From NCBI GenBank assembly GCA_017531445.1, contig JAFXKZ010000002.1, positions 9,286 through 73,285 on the forward strand: a stretch of DNA of 64,000 nt. Reading direction: 5' to 3'. Below the pieces are notes generated by a model. The model had not been told where the DNA came from. It saw only the letters and a list, made by a program, of their open reading frames with translations, and did not search any database. A program made the position numbers and the translations under genes. Shown one piece after another: positions 56,406 through 64,000 of the stretch; the stretch's first letter is position 1, and each line of letters starts with the position of its first letter. The DNA is from Kiritimatiellia bacterium. GTDB lineage: Bacteria; Verrucomicrobiota; Kiritimatiellia; RFP12; DVOR01.

Positions 56406-57164
56406 GTGAAGAATCGCTATTGTAATAGTATCGCAATCCTTTGCTTGTTGGCGAGTGGATATATCGCGTTAGGTGTTTTCCCGAGGCTGCGAGAATATCG
56501 TATTGAAAAGGGATGTGTTGCGTATGTGTATGGAGATTACAAAACTGCTCTAAAATATTGTATTCCAGCAGCGAAACGTGGTCACGTGAAATCGATGGCC
56601 ATTGTGGGTGAATGTTATCGTAATGGTTATGAGGTTGAACAGTCTTATTCAGAGGCGGTGAAGTGGTATCGTAAGGCCGCAGAGCAAGGGCATGCATTGG
56701 CGCAGCTTAATCTTGGCGGGTGCTATGCAGTGGGCTACGGTGTTTCGCAGTCTTGGACAGAGGCAGTGAAGTGGTATCGCAAGTCTGCCGAGCAAGGAGA
56801 TGCGGTAGCGCAGTTTAATCTTGGAGTGTGTTATGCCAAAGGTGATGGTGTTTCGCAGTCTTGGACAGAGGCCGTGAAGTGGCTTCGCAAGTCTGCCGAG
56901 CAAGGAAATGCTGATGCGCAGCTTAATCTTGGTTGGTGTTATGCAGAGGGAAAAGGTGTTTCGCGGTCTCGGACAGAGGCTGTGAAGTGGTATCGCAAGT
57001 CTGCCGAGCAAGGAAATGCATTGGCGCAGTTTAATCTTGGCCGGTGTTATGCCTATGGTAATGGAGTTCGGCAGTCTTGGACAGAGGCTGTGAAGTGGTT
57101 TCGCAAGGCCGCCGAGCAAGGCGATCCGGATGCAAAGGAAGCATTGAAACGATTAGGATACTAA
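56406..57164 (+). CDS. N-terminally membrane-anchored Sel1-repeat (SLR/TPR-like) protein
   Basis: TM helix SIAILCLLASGYIALGVF followed by six 36-aa Sel1 repeats (AVKWYRKSAEQGNAxAQxNLGxCYAxGxGV). GTG 56406 lies 7 nt after a GAGGA that overlaps the GTPase stop. Confidence 0.85.
   Translation: MKNRYCNSIAILCLLASGYIALGVFPRLREYRIEKGCVAYVYGDYKTALKYCIPAAKRGHVKSMAIVGECYRNGYEVEQSYSEAVKWYRKAAEQGHALAQLNLGGCYAVGYGVSQSWTEAVKWYRKSAEQGDAVAQFNLGVCYAKGDGVSQSWTEAVKWLRKSAEQGNADAQLNLGWCYAEGKGVSRSRTEAVKWYRKSAEQGNALAQFNLGRCYAYGNGVRQSWTEAVKWFRKAAEQGDPDAKEALKRLGY
56652..57125 (+). repeat. tandem 108-bp DNA repeats encoding the Sel1 units
   Basis: Units start at 56652, 56760, 56868, 56976 and 57084 (GAGGCnGTGAAGTGG...). 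High nucleotide identity between units. Confidence 0.85.
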
Positions 57165-57274
57165 TGTCTAACGATTCATTTTTGAGTGATTATCTTTCGA
57201 AGGGGGATGCGGGGCATTCTTAAGGACGGGGTGTACGTCCGAACACATCTTCAGGGCATTCTTGTCAGTCTGTG

Positions 57275-57679
57275 ATGCGGGATACGGCGCAACCGATGGT
57301 GTGGGTGGAGGAGGTTGAGCCGTTACCTTCTTCAAATTTGATGGATGAGTCGTCAGAGATAGAGGAGGCGTTTAGTCGTCCTATTGTGATAGAGGGTGAA
57401 CGTGCGGCGTGTCAGGAGGCGATTCGAAATTTGTCCTTTTGGGCACTCTTTTGTCGACCATGGTCAATACATTGGAAGTGGGTCTTTTGCTTGGGGGCAA
57501 TTGTTTGCATTTTGACTGGTTTATTTGCTTCAAGTGATTTCATTCCGCATGAGATTTACGCCTTCTTGATGGCATTAACGGTGCCGATGACGATGGTGAC
57601 CTTCTTCTGTGAACTGGACGTTACGCGTGCAGTTTCGGGTGGACGGCGGCGATGGTGGCCTTTTTCGGTGGTCTTTTGA
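57275..57679 (+). CDS. N-terminal part of a PrsW-like protease (acidic cytoplasmic head plus TM helices), ending at a frame change
   Basis: ORF 57272..57679. TM segments WVFCLGAIVCILTGLF and YAFLMALTVPMTMVTFF. Terminates 28 nt inside the next ORF in a different frame. Confidence 0.5.
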   Translation: MRDTAQPMVWVEEVEPLPSSNLMDESSEIEEAFSRPIVIEGERAACQEAIRNLSFWALFCRPWSIHWKWVFCLGAIVCILTGLFASSDFIPHEIYAFLMALTVPMTMVTFFCELDVTRAVSGGRRRWWPFSVVF

Positions 57680-58203
57680 CGGTGTCAATCGCTGCGGTTT
57701 TGAATATCGGATTAGAGATAGAGGCGTGGATGGCGGGATTGACGGAAGAGCCGATTAAAGCCATCGCCTTGCTCATCTTAGCGATGTTTCCGCGTCAATT
57801 CCCTGGGATTTTGTCGGGAGTTGCTTTAGGAGTGAGTATCGGCGCAGGCTTTGCAGTGCTTGAAACGTTTGATTATGCGTATGCTTTTGGTGAAGCAGGG
57901 CGGCCGGATACGTTTGTTTTGTTATTGCGCGGTGTTCTCTCACCTTTGATGCATATGGCATGGACGGGGGCATTGGGTGGTGCGATGTGGGCTGCACGCG
58001 GACCACATCGAAGCGGATGGGCGGCACTCTCGTCTTGGCAGTTTTGGGCGGTGTTTGGTGCCATGATTCTTTTCCATTGTATTTGGAATGCGGTGGGCTT
58101 AATCAATTATTTGGCGATTGCCTTATGGAGTATTATCTTCCACTACCTTAAGAAAGGTTTCGCAGAGGTCTCGAATTGGGAATTTGAAGGACGGATTGTG
58201 TAA
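57652..58203 (+). CDS. PrsW-family intramembrane metalloprotease catalytic core
   Basis: EEPIK (EExxK), GFAVLET, HMAWTG and FHCIWN motifs embedded in TM helices, in the same order as in B. subtilis PrsW (EESLK, GFATLEN, SSHAL, LLHGSYD). Confidence 0.7.
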   Translation: MVAFFGGLLTVSIAAVLNIGLEIEAWMAGLTEEPIKAIALLILAMFPRQFPGILSGVALGVSIGAGFAVLETFDYAYAFGEAGRPDTFVLLLRGVLSPLMHMAWTGALGGAMWAARGPHRSGWAALSSWQFWAVFGAMILFHCIWNAVGLINYLAIALWSIIFHYLKKGFAEVSNWEFEGRIV

Positions 58204-58204
58204 C

Positions 58205-59197
58205 ATGATGACATTACCTTTAGCGATTTACACAGCAAATCATGGGTTGGCATGGACTTACCCAAAGCAAGAGATTGGTTTTGCAGAATTGGATTCCTGT
58301 CGTACGGCATTGGCACCTTTGCCTGACTTTGATATGGGTGAGGCGGGTTATGAAGGTGTTTGGGTGACGGCAGAGCGCGTCTTTGCGGTGGTTTGTCAAA
58401 GTGCGCCGAAATGGGGTTTTAGAGGACGTGATGCGACTTATCTTGCGGTCACCTGGATGACGCGTGAAGAGGCGAAGGGGGTTGATTTTGAAGTCCTGCT
58501 TTCTCATCCTGCATTGCGTACCCCCACGAAGAATCCGCCATCGTTTATTGAGGTTCATCAAACGCCATTTAGAAGTTGTCCAATTCAAGAATTGTCAACT
58601 GTGCTCCCCAGTTTTCAGTCAGTTGATGCTTTGATTTCTGCTTTGCCAATGAATCAAACGGCAAAGATTAAACGGATATTGAATATGTCTTCGGTTACCT
58701 GTCGGTATGAAACGATTGGATCGACCGGGTTCCCTCAACAAACGGTATCTCCGGTGTTTTCGCTTCCGGAGCAACCTCCGGAGCCTTCTGTGCCGCGGGA
58801 GGTGTCAAATCCAACGAGGCTTACCCCGGCACCATCGTTGATATCGATGATCCTTTTGATTTTCACACTCATTCTTTTAGGTTTTTCGCTTTTATTGAAT
58901 CTCTATTTGGGATGGGAGTGGCTCAATCAACGGCCGGAATTGAAACGAAACGTTCAGGAAACGATTGAAATGCAAGTGCCGACCGGACAATTGAAACAGA
59001 CAATTTACAGTGTGAAAGAAGCGTTATTTCAAAAGAAGAAGCATACAACAACCAATGAGATCAATACGATTGGTCAACCTCTCTTTGAGACGTCGCTCAA
59101 CGAAGAAGGCTTCCCGGCCGCTCTTTCAGTAACGAATAGCGCAACTATTATTAAAGCAGTTGATATTACAGCAGAAACAACAGAAGAAAAGAGGTAA
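58205..59197 (+). CDS. orphan single-pass membrane protein
   Basis: ATG 58205 lies 1 nt after the PrsW stop. About 210-aa N-terminal globular region, a Pro-rich linker, TM helix LISMILLIFTLILLGFSLLLNLYLGW, and a ~80-aa polar tail. No motif recognised. Confidence 0.6.
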   Translation: MMTLPLAIYTANHGLAWTYPKQEIGFAELDSCRTALAPLPDFDMGEAGYEGVWVTAERVFAVVCQSAPKWGFRGRDATYLAVTWMTREEAKGVDFEVLLSHPALRTPTKNPPSFIEVHQTPFRSCPIQELSTVLPSFQSVDALISALPMNQTAKIKRILNMSSVTCRYETIGSTGFPQQTVSPVFSLPEQPPEPSVPREVSNPTRLTPAPSLISMILLIFTLILLGFSLLLNLYLGWEWLNQRPELKRNVQETIEMQVPTGQLKQTIYSVKEALFQKKKHTTTNEINTIGQPLFETSLNEEGFPAALSVTNSATIIKAVDITAETTEEKR

Positions 59198-59200
59198 ATC

Positions 59201-59710
59201 ATGAACGAAGCCGAAAAATTCCTGCAAGAACACCTTGCGAAAGCGCAACGACCCCAACCCTCTGCGCCACAAGTTCAGACGACACCATTCGCATCAGGGG
59301 CGCAAAATGACAGTGCCGCTGTCGTAGGTAAACAACAGATGGTGTCAATGGGAGAAGCATTCAAACGCTTTTGGGTGAATTGGAGTCTGAATGGACGTTC
59401 ATCGCGTTCCGAATTTTGGTTTGCAGTATTAGCAAATTTTATTTTAGGTTTTCCAATTGGAATTGGAATAGCCGTAATTGGAGTGATTGTTCCTGCACTC
59501 GCAGAAGTGGCAGATATTCTTTTTTCGTTGTTGATATTATGGCCGGGTATTGCTATCGTGGTACGGCGATTACATGATATTGGGAAGTCTGGGTGGTGGT
59601 ATTGGATTTCCCTTATCCCATTTGTAGGATGTTTAATACTTTTGATTTTTATGTGTCGTGCTAGCGAGCCGTATGAAAATCGATATGGGCCAGTGCCGAA
59701 TGTGCGGTGA
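59201..59710 (+). CDS. DUF805 (YhaH/YhaI-like) inner-membrane protein
   Basis: GRSSRSEFW and VRRLHDIGKSGWWYWISLIP signature. ATG lies 3 nt after the preceding stop, with an AAGAGG RBS. Confidence 0.85.
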   Translation: MNEAEKFLQEHLAKAQRPQPSAPQVQTTPFASGAQNDSAAVVGKQQMVSMGEAFKRFWVNWSLNGRSSRSEFWFAVLANFILGFPIGIGIAVIGVIVPALAEVADILFSLLILWPGIAIVVRRLHDIGKSGWWYWISLIPFVGCLILLIFMCRASEPYENRYGPVPNVR

Positions 59711-59835
59711 GGGAAGAACCCTTTTCTTCAAAAGCCTTTAGTGGCGTAACCTTGCCCCTGAAAGCGGGCACTGCCGGAGCTTTGTAGAGTGGAGTCCGTT
59801 AATATTGACAAATGTGCCCGGCGAGATGCGGTTTT

Positions 59836-59917
59836 AAGATGGGCGAAATCGGGAATGCGTTTCGCCGATGTTGAAACCGCACATGGGCGATGTCGCCGTT
59901 AATGTTTCGCCGAAAGT
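59836..59917. repeat. array F of the phased palindrome (4 units plus degenerate flank)
   Basis: Unit centres at 59843, 59865, 59887 and 59910: AAGATGGGCGAAATC, CGTTTCGCCGATGTT, CACATGGGCGATGTC, TGTTTCGCCGAAAGT. Located in a convergent intergenic region. Confidence 0.75.
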
Positions 59918-59962
59918 GAAAACGAATGGCCGCAAGCATCATTGCTACGGCCATTCGTTTCA
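59915..59962 (-). terminator. rho-independent terminator of purL (possibly bidirectional)
   Basis: 12-bp stem AACGAATGGCCG / CGGCCATTCGTT (59921-59932 / 59948-59959). The minus strand continues TTTTCAC. Confidence 0.7.
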
Positions 59963-59982
59963 ATAAGAGGGAATGAAATACT

Positions 59983-62900
59983 TTAACGCGCCTGGGTGGC
60001 AAAGGCGTATGCGTTCTTGAAGAGTTTCATCCAGGGGCCTTCCTCGCCTCCGGCAAAGGTGCCGTCGTCATAAGAAAGCTGAATGGAGCGGAAGCTGCGT
60101 TCCGGATGCGGCATCAGGATTGTGGCGCGGCCGTCTTCCGAGGTAAAGCCGCAGAGTCCACCCTTGGAACCATTCGGATTCCATGGATAGATTTCGGTGG
60201 GGTTGCCTTTGCCATCAACGAAACGGAGGGCGCGGGTCGCTTTTTCCGCATCCGTCTCGCATTCAAATGCCACGCGCCCTTCGCCATGTGCAACGGCGAT
60301 GGGGAGACGACTGCCTGTCATACCTTTGAGAAGGACGCTGGGCGAATCCAGCACTTCAAGTGTGCAGTAACGGCCTTCAAACTGTTCGGAATTATTCCGT
60401 ACAAAGCGTGGCCAGTGTTGGGCTCCGGGGATAATATCTTTGAGCTGCGAAACCATCTGACAACCGTTGCAAACGCCAAGTGTGAAGGTGTCGGGGCGTT
60501 CAAAGAAGCGGCGGAACATTTCTTTGAGATCTGCATTAAAAAGAATGCTGCGCGCCCAACCTGATCCTGCGCCGAGTACGTCACCATATGAGAAGCCGCC
60601 GCAAGCGACCAAACCCTTGAAGTCGTCAAGATTGACACGCCCTTCAAGCAAATCAGTCATATGCACATCGATTGCTTCAAAGCCGGCAAGTGTAAAGGCG
60701 GCAGCCATTTCAATATGACCGTTAACGCCCTCCTCGCGCAAAATAGCCATCTTCGGAGCCGGAGTCGTTGCTTTGGGGGTATCTTCCGCATTCAAGGGAT
60801 AAGTGACCTTGAAGTTCAAGCCGGGGTCGTCGGTGAGACCGGCAACGTCATATTCCATCTTTGCACAATCAGGATTGTCGCGGAGTGCTTGCATATGGTA
60901 CGTGGTTTCCGACCACGCCTTACGGATGTCGGCAAGCGATTCGTCAATGGCCGGTTCGTCATTGACTGTAATCTGGAGTACGGGTTCTTCTTGTGTCAAG
61001 CCGATCCACGCACCATTGACGCCATGCTTTGTTAAAATCGCTTCCACGTCCGCAGCATTTTCCTCCAGCACTTGAAGCACTGCGCCGAGCTCTTCATTGT
61101 AAAGAGCAGAAAGCGCATCCTTGCCGGTAAGATTAACCGCTACGCCTTTGCCGCCGGCCATCGCCATCTCGGCAAGCGTAACGGCAACGCCACCGTCAGA
61201 ACGGTCGTGATAGGCCGCAACAAGACCACGTTCAACCATTTCCTGCATTGCTTCATAGAATGCGCGAACGCTTTCTGCGCTTTCCATATCCGGCACAGTG
61301 TCACCTATCTGGTTGTAAACTTGAGCCAAAGCAGATGCACCGAGACGTTCCTTTCCATTGCCGAGGTCTACCAGCATCAGGCGGGAAAAACCGGGTTTCA
61401 AATCGGGCGTGACGTCTTTGCGGGCATCCGTTACAGTGGCGAAAGACGAAACAATCAATGAGAGAGGCCCCACTTGTTTGTGCTCTTTCCCCTGCGAATC
61501 TTTCCAAACCGTACGCATGGAGAGTGAATCTTTGCCTACCGGAATGCAGACGCCCAAGCGGGGGCAAATGTCCATGCCGACGGTTTCCACTGTGTCAAAG
61601 AGACGCGCGTCTTCGCCCTCTTCGCCGCAAGCCGCCATCCAGTTGGCAGAGAGTTTAATCGTGCCGATAGGGCCGATCGGAGCCGAGGCAAGCTGGAGAA
61701 TTGCTTCGCCCACAGCCATACGTCCGGAAGCCGGGGCATCAACGATTGCAATGGGGGTGCGCTCACCTGTTGCCATTACTTCGCCTGTTGTTGTCTGATA
61801 GCCCGTAACCGTGAGCGCGTGGTCGGCTACCGGAAGCTGATACTTGCCGCACATTTGGTCGCGGTGAACCATGCCCGTAATTGTGCGGTCGGTAATGGTA
61901 ACAAGGAACGTTTTATTGGCAACGGCAGGGAAACGCAGAATACGTTGGAGTGCCGCCGCAGGAGTAATGCCTTCCAAGTTTAATGACGTTGTGGGAAGCG
62001 TAATGTGTTTGACATCGCGCACCATGCGTGGCGGTTTTCCAAGCAAGGTTGAAATATCCATGTCAATGGGATTGTCGTCAAAGTGTTCATCATGGAGCAC
62101 CATGCGCCCATCATCACGCGTTTCACCAATAAATGCGACCGGGCAACGCTCGCGTTCGCAGAAGCTCTCAAACAAGACTTTGTCTTCTGCACGGATGGCA
62201 AGTACATAACGCTCTTGCGCTTCACAGCACCAGATTTCCATCGGGCTCATGGAGATTTCTTCATTATGCACCTTGCGGAGTTCAAAGTCTGCACCCGTGG
62301 CTTCAACCAACTCCGGACAGCCATTTGAGAGACCGCCGGCACCAATGTCATGCAAAGAAAGGATAGGATTGGACGAACCGAGTGCAACACACGCATCAAT
62401 TACACCCTGACAACGGCGTTGCATTTCAGCATTGCCGCGCTGTACGGAGTCGAAATCAAGCTTTGCTTCGTTGGTCCCGGAGGCCATGGAACTCGCCGCA
62501 CCGCCACCGAGCCCGATACGCATTGCAGGACCTCCGATTTGAACTACGAGCACGTGTGACGGGACCTCTTTCTTAAGCACTTGGTCGTGGCGGATATTAC
62601 CCATGCCGCCGGCGAGCATGATCGGTTTGTGGTATCCCCAATATTTGCCGCAAGCTTCTTCTTCAAGTGTGCGGAAGAAGCCGCAAAGTTGCGGACGACC
62701 GAATTCATTCCCGAACGCGGCTCCGCCGATAGGGCCTTCCATCATGATACTCAGTGCAGGAGAAAGACGTTCCGGACGCTCCGCATAATCCTTTTCCCAT
62801 GGTTGCAGAAAGCCGGGAATCCGCAGGTCGCTTACACAGAATCCGCAGATACCGGCCTTGGTACGCGAACCGATGCCGGTGGCACTCTCATCGCGGATTT

Positions 62901-63843
62901 CACCACCTACACCGGTGGCTGCGCCGGGATAGGGGGAAATTGCGGTGGGATGGTTGTGCGTTTCCACCTTCATCAACATTTCAATCTGATCCTCTGCGAA
63001 CTTGTAAGTGTTGTCCTTCGGATCTGCTTGAAAGGCCATTGTACGAAAACCATCTATCACACCGGAATTGTCTTTATAGGCGACTTGTGTGCCTTCCGGA
63101 TGCAACGTGTGGGTGTTCTTAATCATGCCAAAGAGCGAAACATCACGCTTTTTCCCATCAATAATCCACTTGGCGTTGAAGATTTTATGGCGGCAGTGTT
63201 CAGAATTGACCTGACCAAACATTGTCAATTCGGTGTCAGTAGGGTTGCGTTGAGCTTTCGTATAGGCGGTGAAGAGGTAGTCGATCTCCGGGTCGCTCAT
63301 TGCAAGACCAATTTCTTTATTAGCCTGAACGAGTGCGTCACGTCCTTGCCCTAAGACGTCGAAAATCTTTCCTTTTGCCGGGCGGGCATTGACGAAAAAG
63401 GCCGGTAACTCTTCGGTAACAAAGACGCCCTCAATCATCCGGTCGTGCAGCACATTCAATGCGTCTGCACTAAGTTCTGCGCGTGAAAGCACCTTTCCGT
63501 TTTGGGAAACAGTCATGTGCATTGCGTGCTCAACGCGCCGCACCCCACGCACACCGCAATAGCGGAAGATGTCGGTCGCCTTTGAGCTCCACGGCGAGAT
63601 CGTGCCTAATCGAGGTGCAACGAAAATTCCTTCAGCCGGAAGTGCCAACGATGCGTCCGCGTCTAAAAGTGTGCACGCCTTTGCTACCGCTTCTGCTGTC
63701 AGGGCTGAAGAGGTTTGCAATAAGTAGATCCATCGTGTCTCAATCTCGCAACCTTGCAAACCGATTTCGGAAAGACGCTTCTTCAAAGCATCCACGCGGA
63801 AAGTTGAAAGTGCGGTTTGTCCGACTAAAAATTCAGTTGCCAT
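59983..63843 (-). CDS. purL: phosphoribosylformylglycinamidine synthase, single-chain large form
   Basis: About 1286 aa. N-terminal FGAM synthase domains and a C-terminal glutamine amidotransferase domain with GVCNGCQM. Start ATG 63843 ([13 protein letters not shown]). Confidence 0.95.
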   Translation of the reverse strand: MATEFLVGQTALSTFRVDALKKRLSEIGLQGCEIETRWIYLLQTSSALTAEAVAKACTLLDADASLALPAEGIFVAPRLGTISPWSSKATDIFRYCGVRGVRRVEHAMHMTVSQNGKVLSRAELSADALNVLHDRMIEGVFVTEELPAFFVNARPAKGKIFDVLGQGRDALVQANKEIGLAMSDPEIDYLFTAYTKAQRNPTDTELTMFGQVNSEHCRHKIFNAKWIIDGKKRDVSLFGMIKNTHTLHPEGTQVAYKDNSGVIDGFRTMAFQADPKDNTYKFAEDQIEMLMKVETHNHPTAISPYPGAATGVGGEIRDESATGIGSRTKAGICGFCVSDLRIPGFLQPWEKDYAERPERLSPALSIMMEGPIGGAAFGNEFGRPQLCGFFRTLEEEACGKYWGYHKPIMLAGGMGNIRHDQVLKKEVPSHVLVVQIGGPAMRIGLGGGAASSMASGTNEAKLDFDSVQRGNAEMQRRCQGVIDACVALGSSNPILSLHDIGAGGLSNGCPELVEATGADFELRKVHNEEISMSPMEIWCCEAQERYVLAIRAEDKVLFESFCERERCPVAFIGETRDDGRMVLHDEHFDDNPIDMDISTLLGKPPRMVRDVKHITLPTTSLNLEGITPAAALQRILRFPAVANKTFLVTITDRTITGMVHRDQMCGKYQLPVADHALTVTGYQTTTGEVMATGERTPIAIVDAPASGRMAVGEAILQLASAPIGPIGTIKLSANWMAACGEEGEDARLFDTVETVGMDICPRLGVCIPVGKDSLSMRTVWKDSQGKEHKQVGPLSLIVSSFATVTDARKDVTPDLKPGFSRLMLVDLGNGKERLGASALAQVYNQIGDTVPDMESAESVRAFYEAMQEMVERGLVAAYHDRSDGGVAVTLAEMAMAGGKGVAVNLTGKDALSALYNEELGAVLQVLEENAADVEAILTKHGVNGAWIGLTQEEPVLQITVNDEPAIDESLADIRKAWSETTYHMQALRDNPDCAKMEYDVAGLTDDPGLNFKVTYPLNAEDTPKATTPAPKMAILREEGVNGHIEMAAAFTLAGFEAIDVHMTDLLEGRVNLDDFKGLVACGGFSYGDVLGAGSGWARSILFNADLKEMFRRFFERPDTFTLGVCNGCQMVSQLKDIIPGAQHWPRFVRNNSEQFEGRYCTLEVLDSPSVLLKGMTGSRLPIAVAHGEGRVAFECETDAEKATRALRFVDGKGNPTEIYPWNPNGSKGGLCGFTSEDGRATILMPHPERSFRSIQLSYDDGTFAGGEEGPWMKLFKNAYAFATQAR

Positions 63844-64000
63844 AAGTTTTTCCTTACAATAAAAGCGACTCATGAAAAGCACTTATTATTGTAGCATAAA
63901 TGGCATAAGAAAGAACCGGGTTTTGGCAAGTCTATTTCGGTAAACGGCATGAATGTTTGCTGGGGAGAGATTCGGGCGCATGAGCGATTTCATCACTTAC

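Noticed and set aside
6860-59917. Whether the phased repeat arrays are CRISPR arrays
   Set aside because: The units repeat every 22-23 bp, with a 15-bp degenerate palindromic core and only ~7-bp linkers. There are just 4-5 units per locus and no cas genes. This is inconsistent with CRISPR repeat/spacer geometry.
54979-59982. Calling the GTPase cassette a mobile element or prophage remnant
   Set aside because: No transposase, integrase, phage structural genes, terminal inverted repeats or direct repeats were recognisable. Only compositional patchiness supports foreign origin, so it is reported as a finding rather than annotated as a mobile element.
62581-63354. 257-aa plus-strand ORF, along with other plus-strand ORFs between 60.1 and 63.8 kb
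   Set aside because: All are antisense shadows inside purL.
63883-64000. A purine/ZTP-type riboswitch upstream of purL
   Set aside because: I could not find the conserved riboswitch cores in the 157 nt available before the window ends. The data are insufficient to call anything.

Overview
This is a 64-kb chromosomal window of about 50-55% G+C, estimated by eye. It is densely packed with roughly 50 CDS plus one tRNA-Leu(GAG). I saw no rRNA, CRISPR array, integrase or transposase. Most genes are housekeeping: murA, system-II cytochrome c biogenesis, class II fba followed by a 1186-aa pyruvate:ferredoxin oxidoreductase, smc, coaB, mutY, pheS, a DinG-like helicase, ymdB, aspartate kinase, hom, leuA, ruvC, ilvC, birA and purL. 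Interspersed are secreted glycan-degrading or host-interaction genes: a GH20 hexosaminidase, a beta-helix glycosidase-like protein, an SGNH esterase, an LRR protein and a Sel1 protein. This content suggests an anaerobic, host-associated bacterium, possibly from the PVC group, but that is speculation. Two things stand out. (1) At 55.05-59.71 kb, between a peroxidase gene and purL, lies a tightly packed five-gene cassette in which every product is membrane-anchored. It encodes a tail-anchored Ras-like P-loop GTPase, an N-terminally anchored Sel1-repeat protein, a PrsW-type intramembrane protease split by a frame change, an orphan single-pass protein and a DUF805 protein. A promoter-like element containing a G9 tract in its spacer precedes it, and parts of the cassette are visibly AT-richer than the flanks. 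I cannot match it to a named system and regard it as the best candidate for an undescribed membrane signalling or conflict module. (2) Six intergenic loci carry arrays of 4-5 copies of a 15-bp palindrome (AACATCG-N-CGATGTT) phased every 22-23 bp, which looks like a dispersed operator or iteron-like array family. Other notable items are several domain fusions (histone-like KAP-repeat tail + DksA zinc finger, CPA2 antiporter + PTS-EIIA, Nudix + BirA, beta-propeller + di-haem peroxidase) and a Leu-rich leader ORF with alternative hairpins upstream of leuA. All calls rest on motif recognition by eye. No database search was run.
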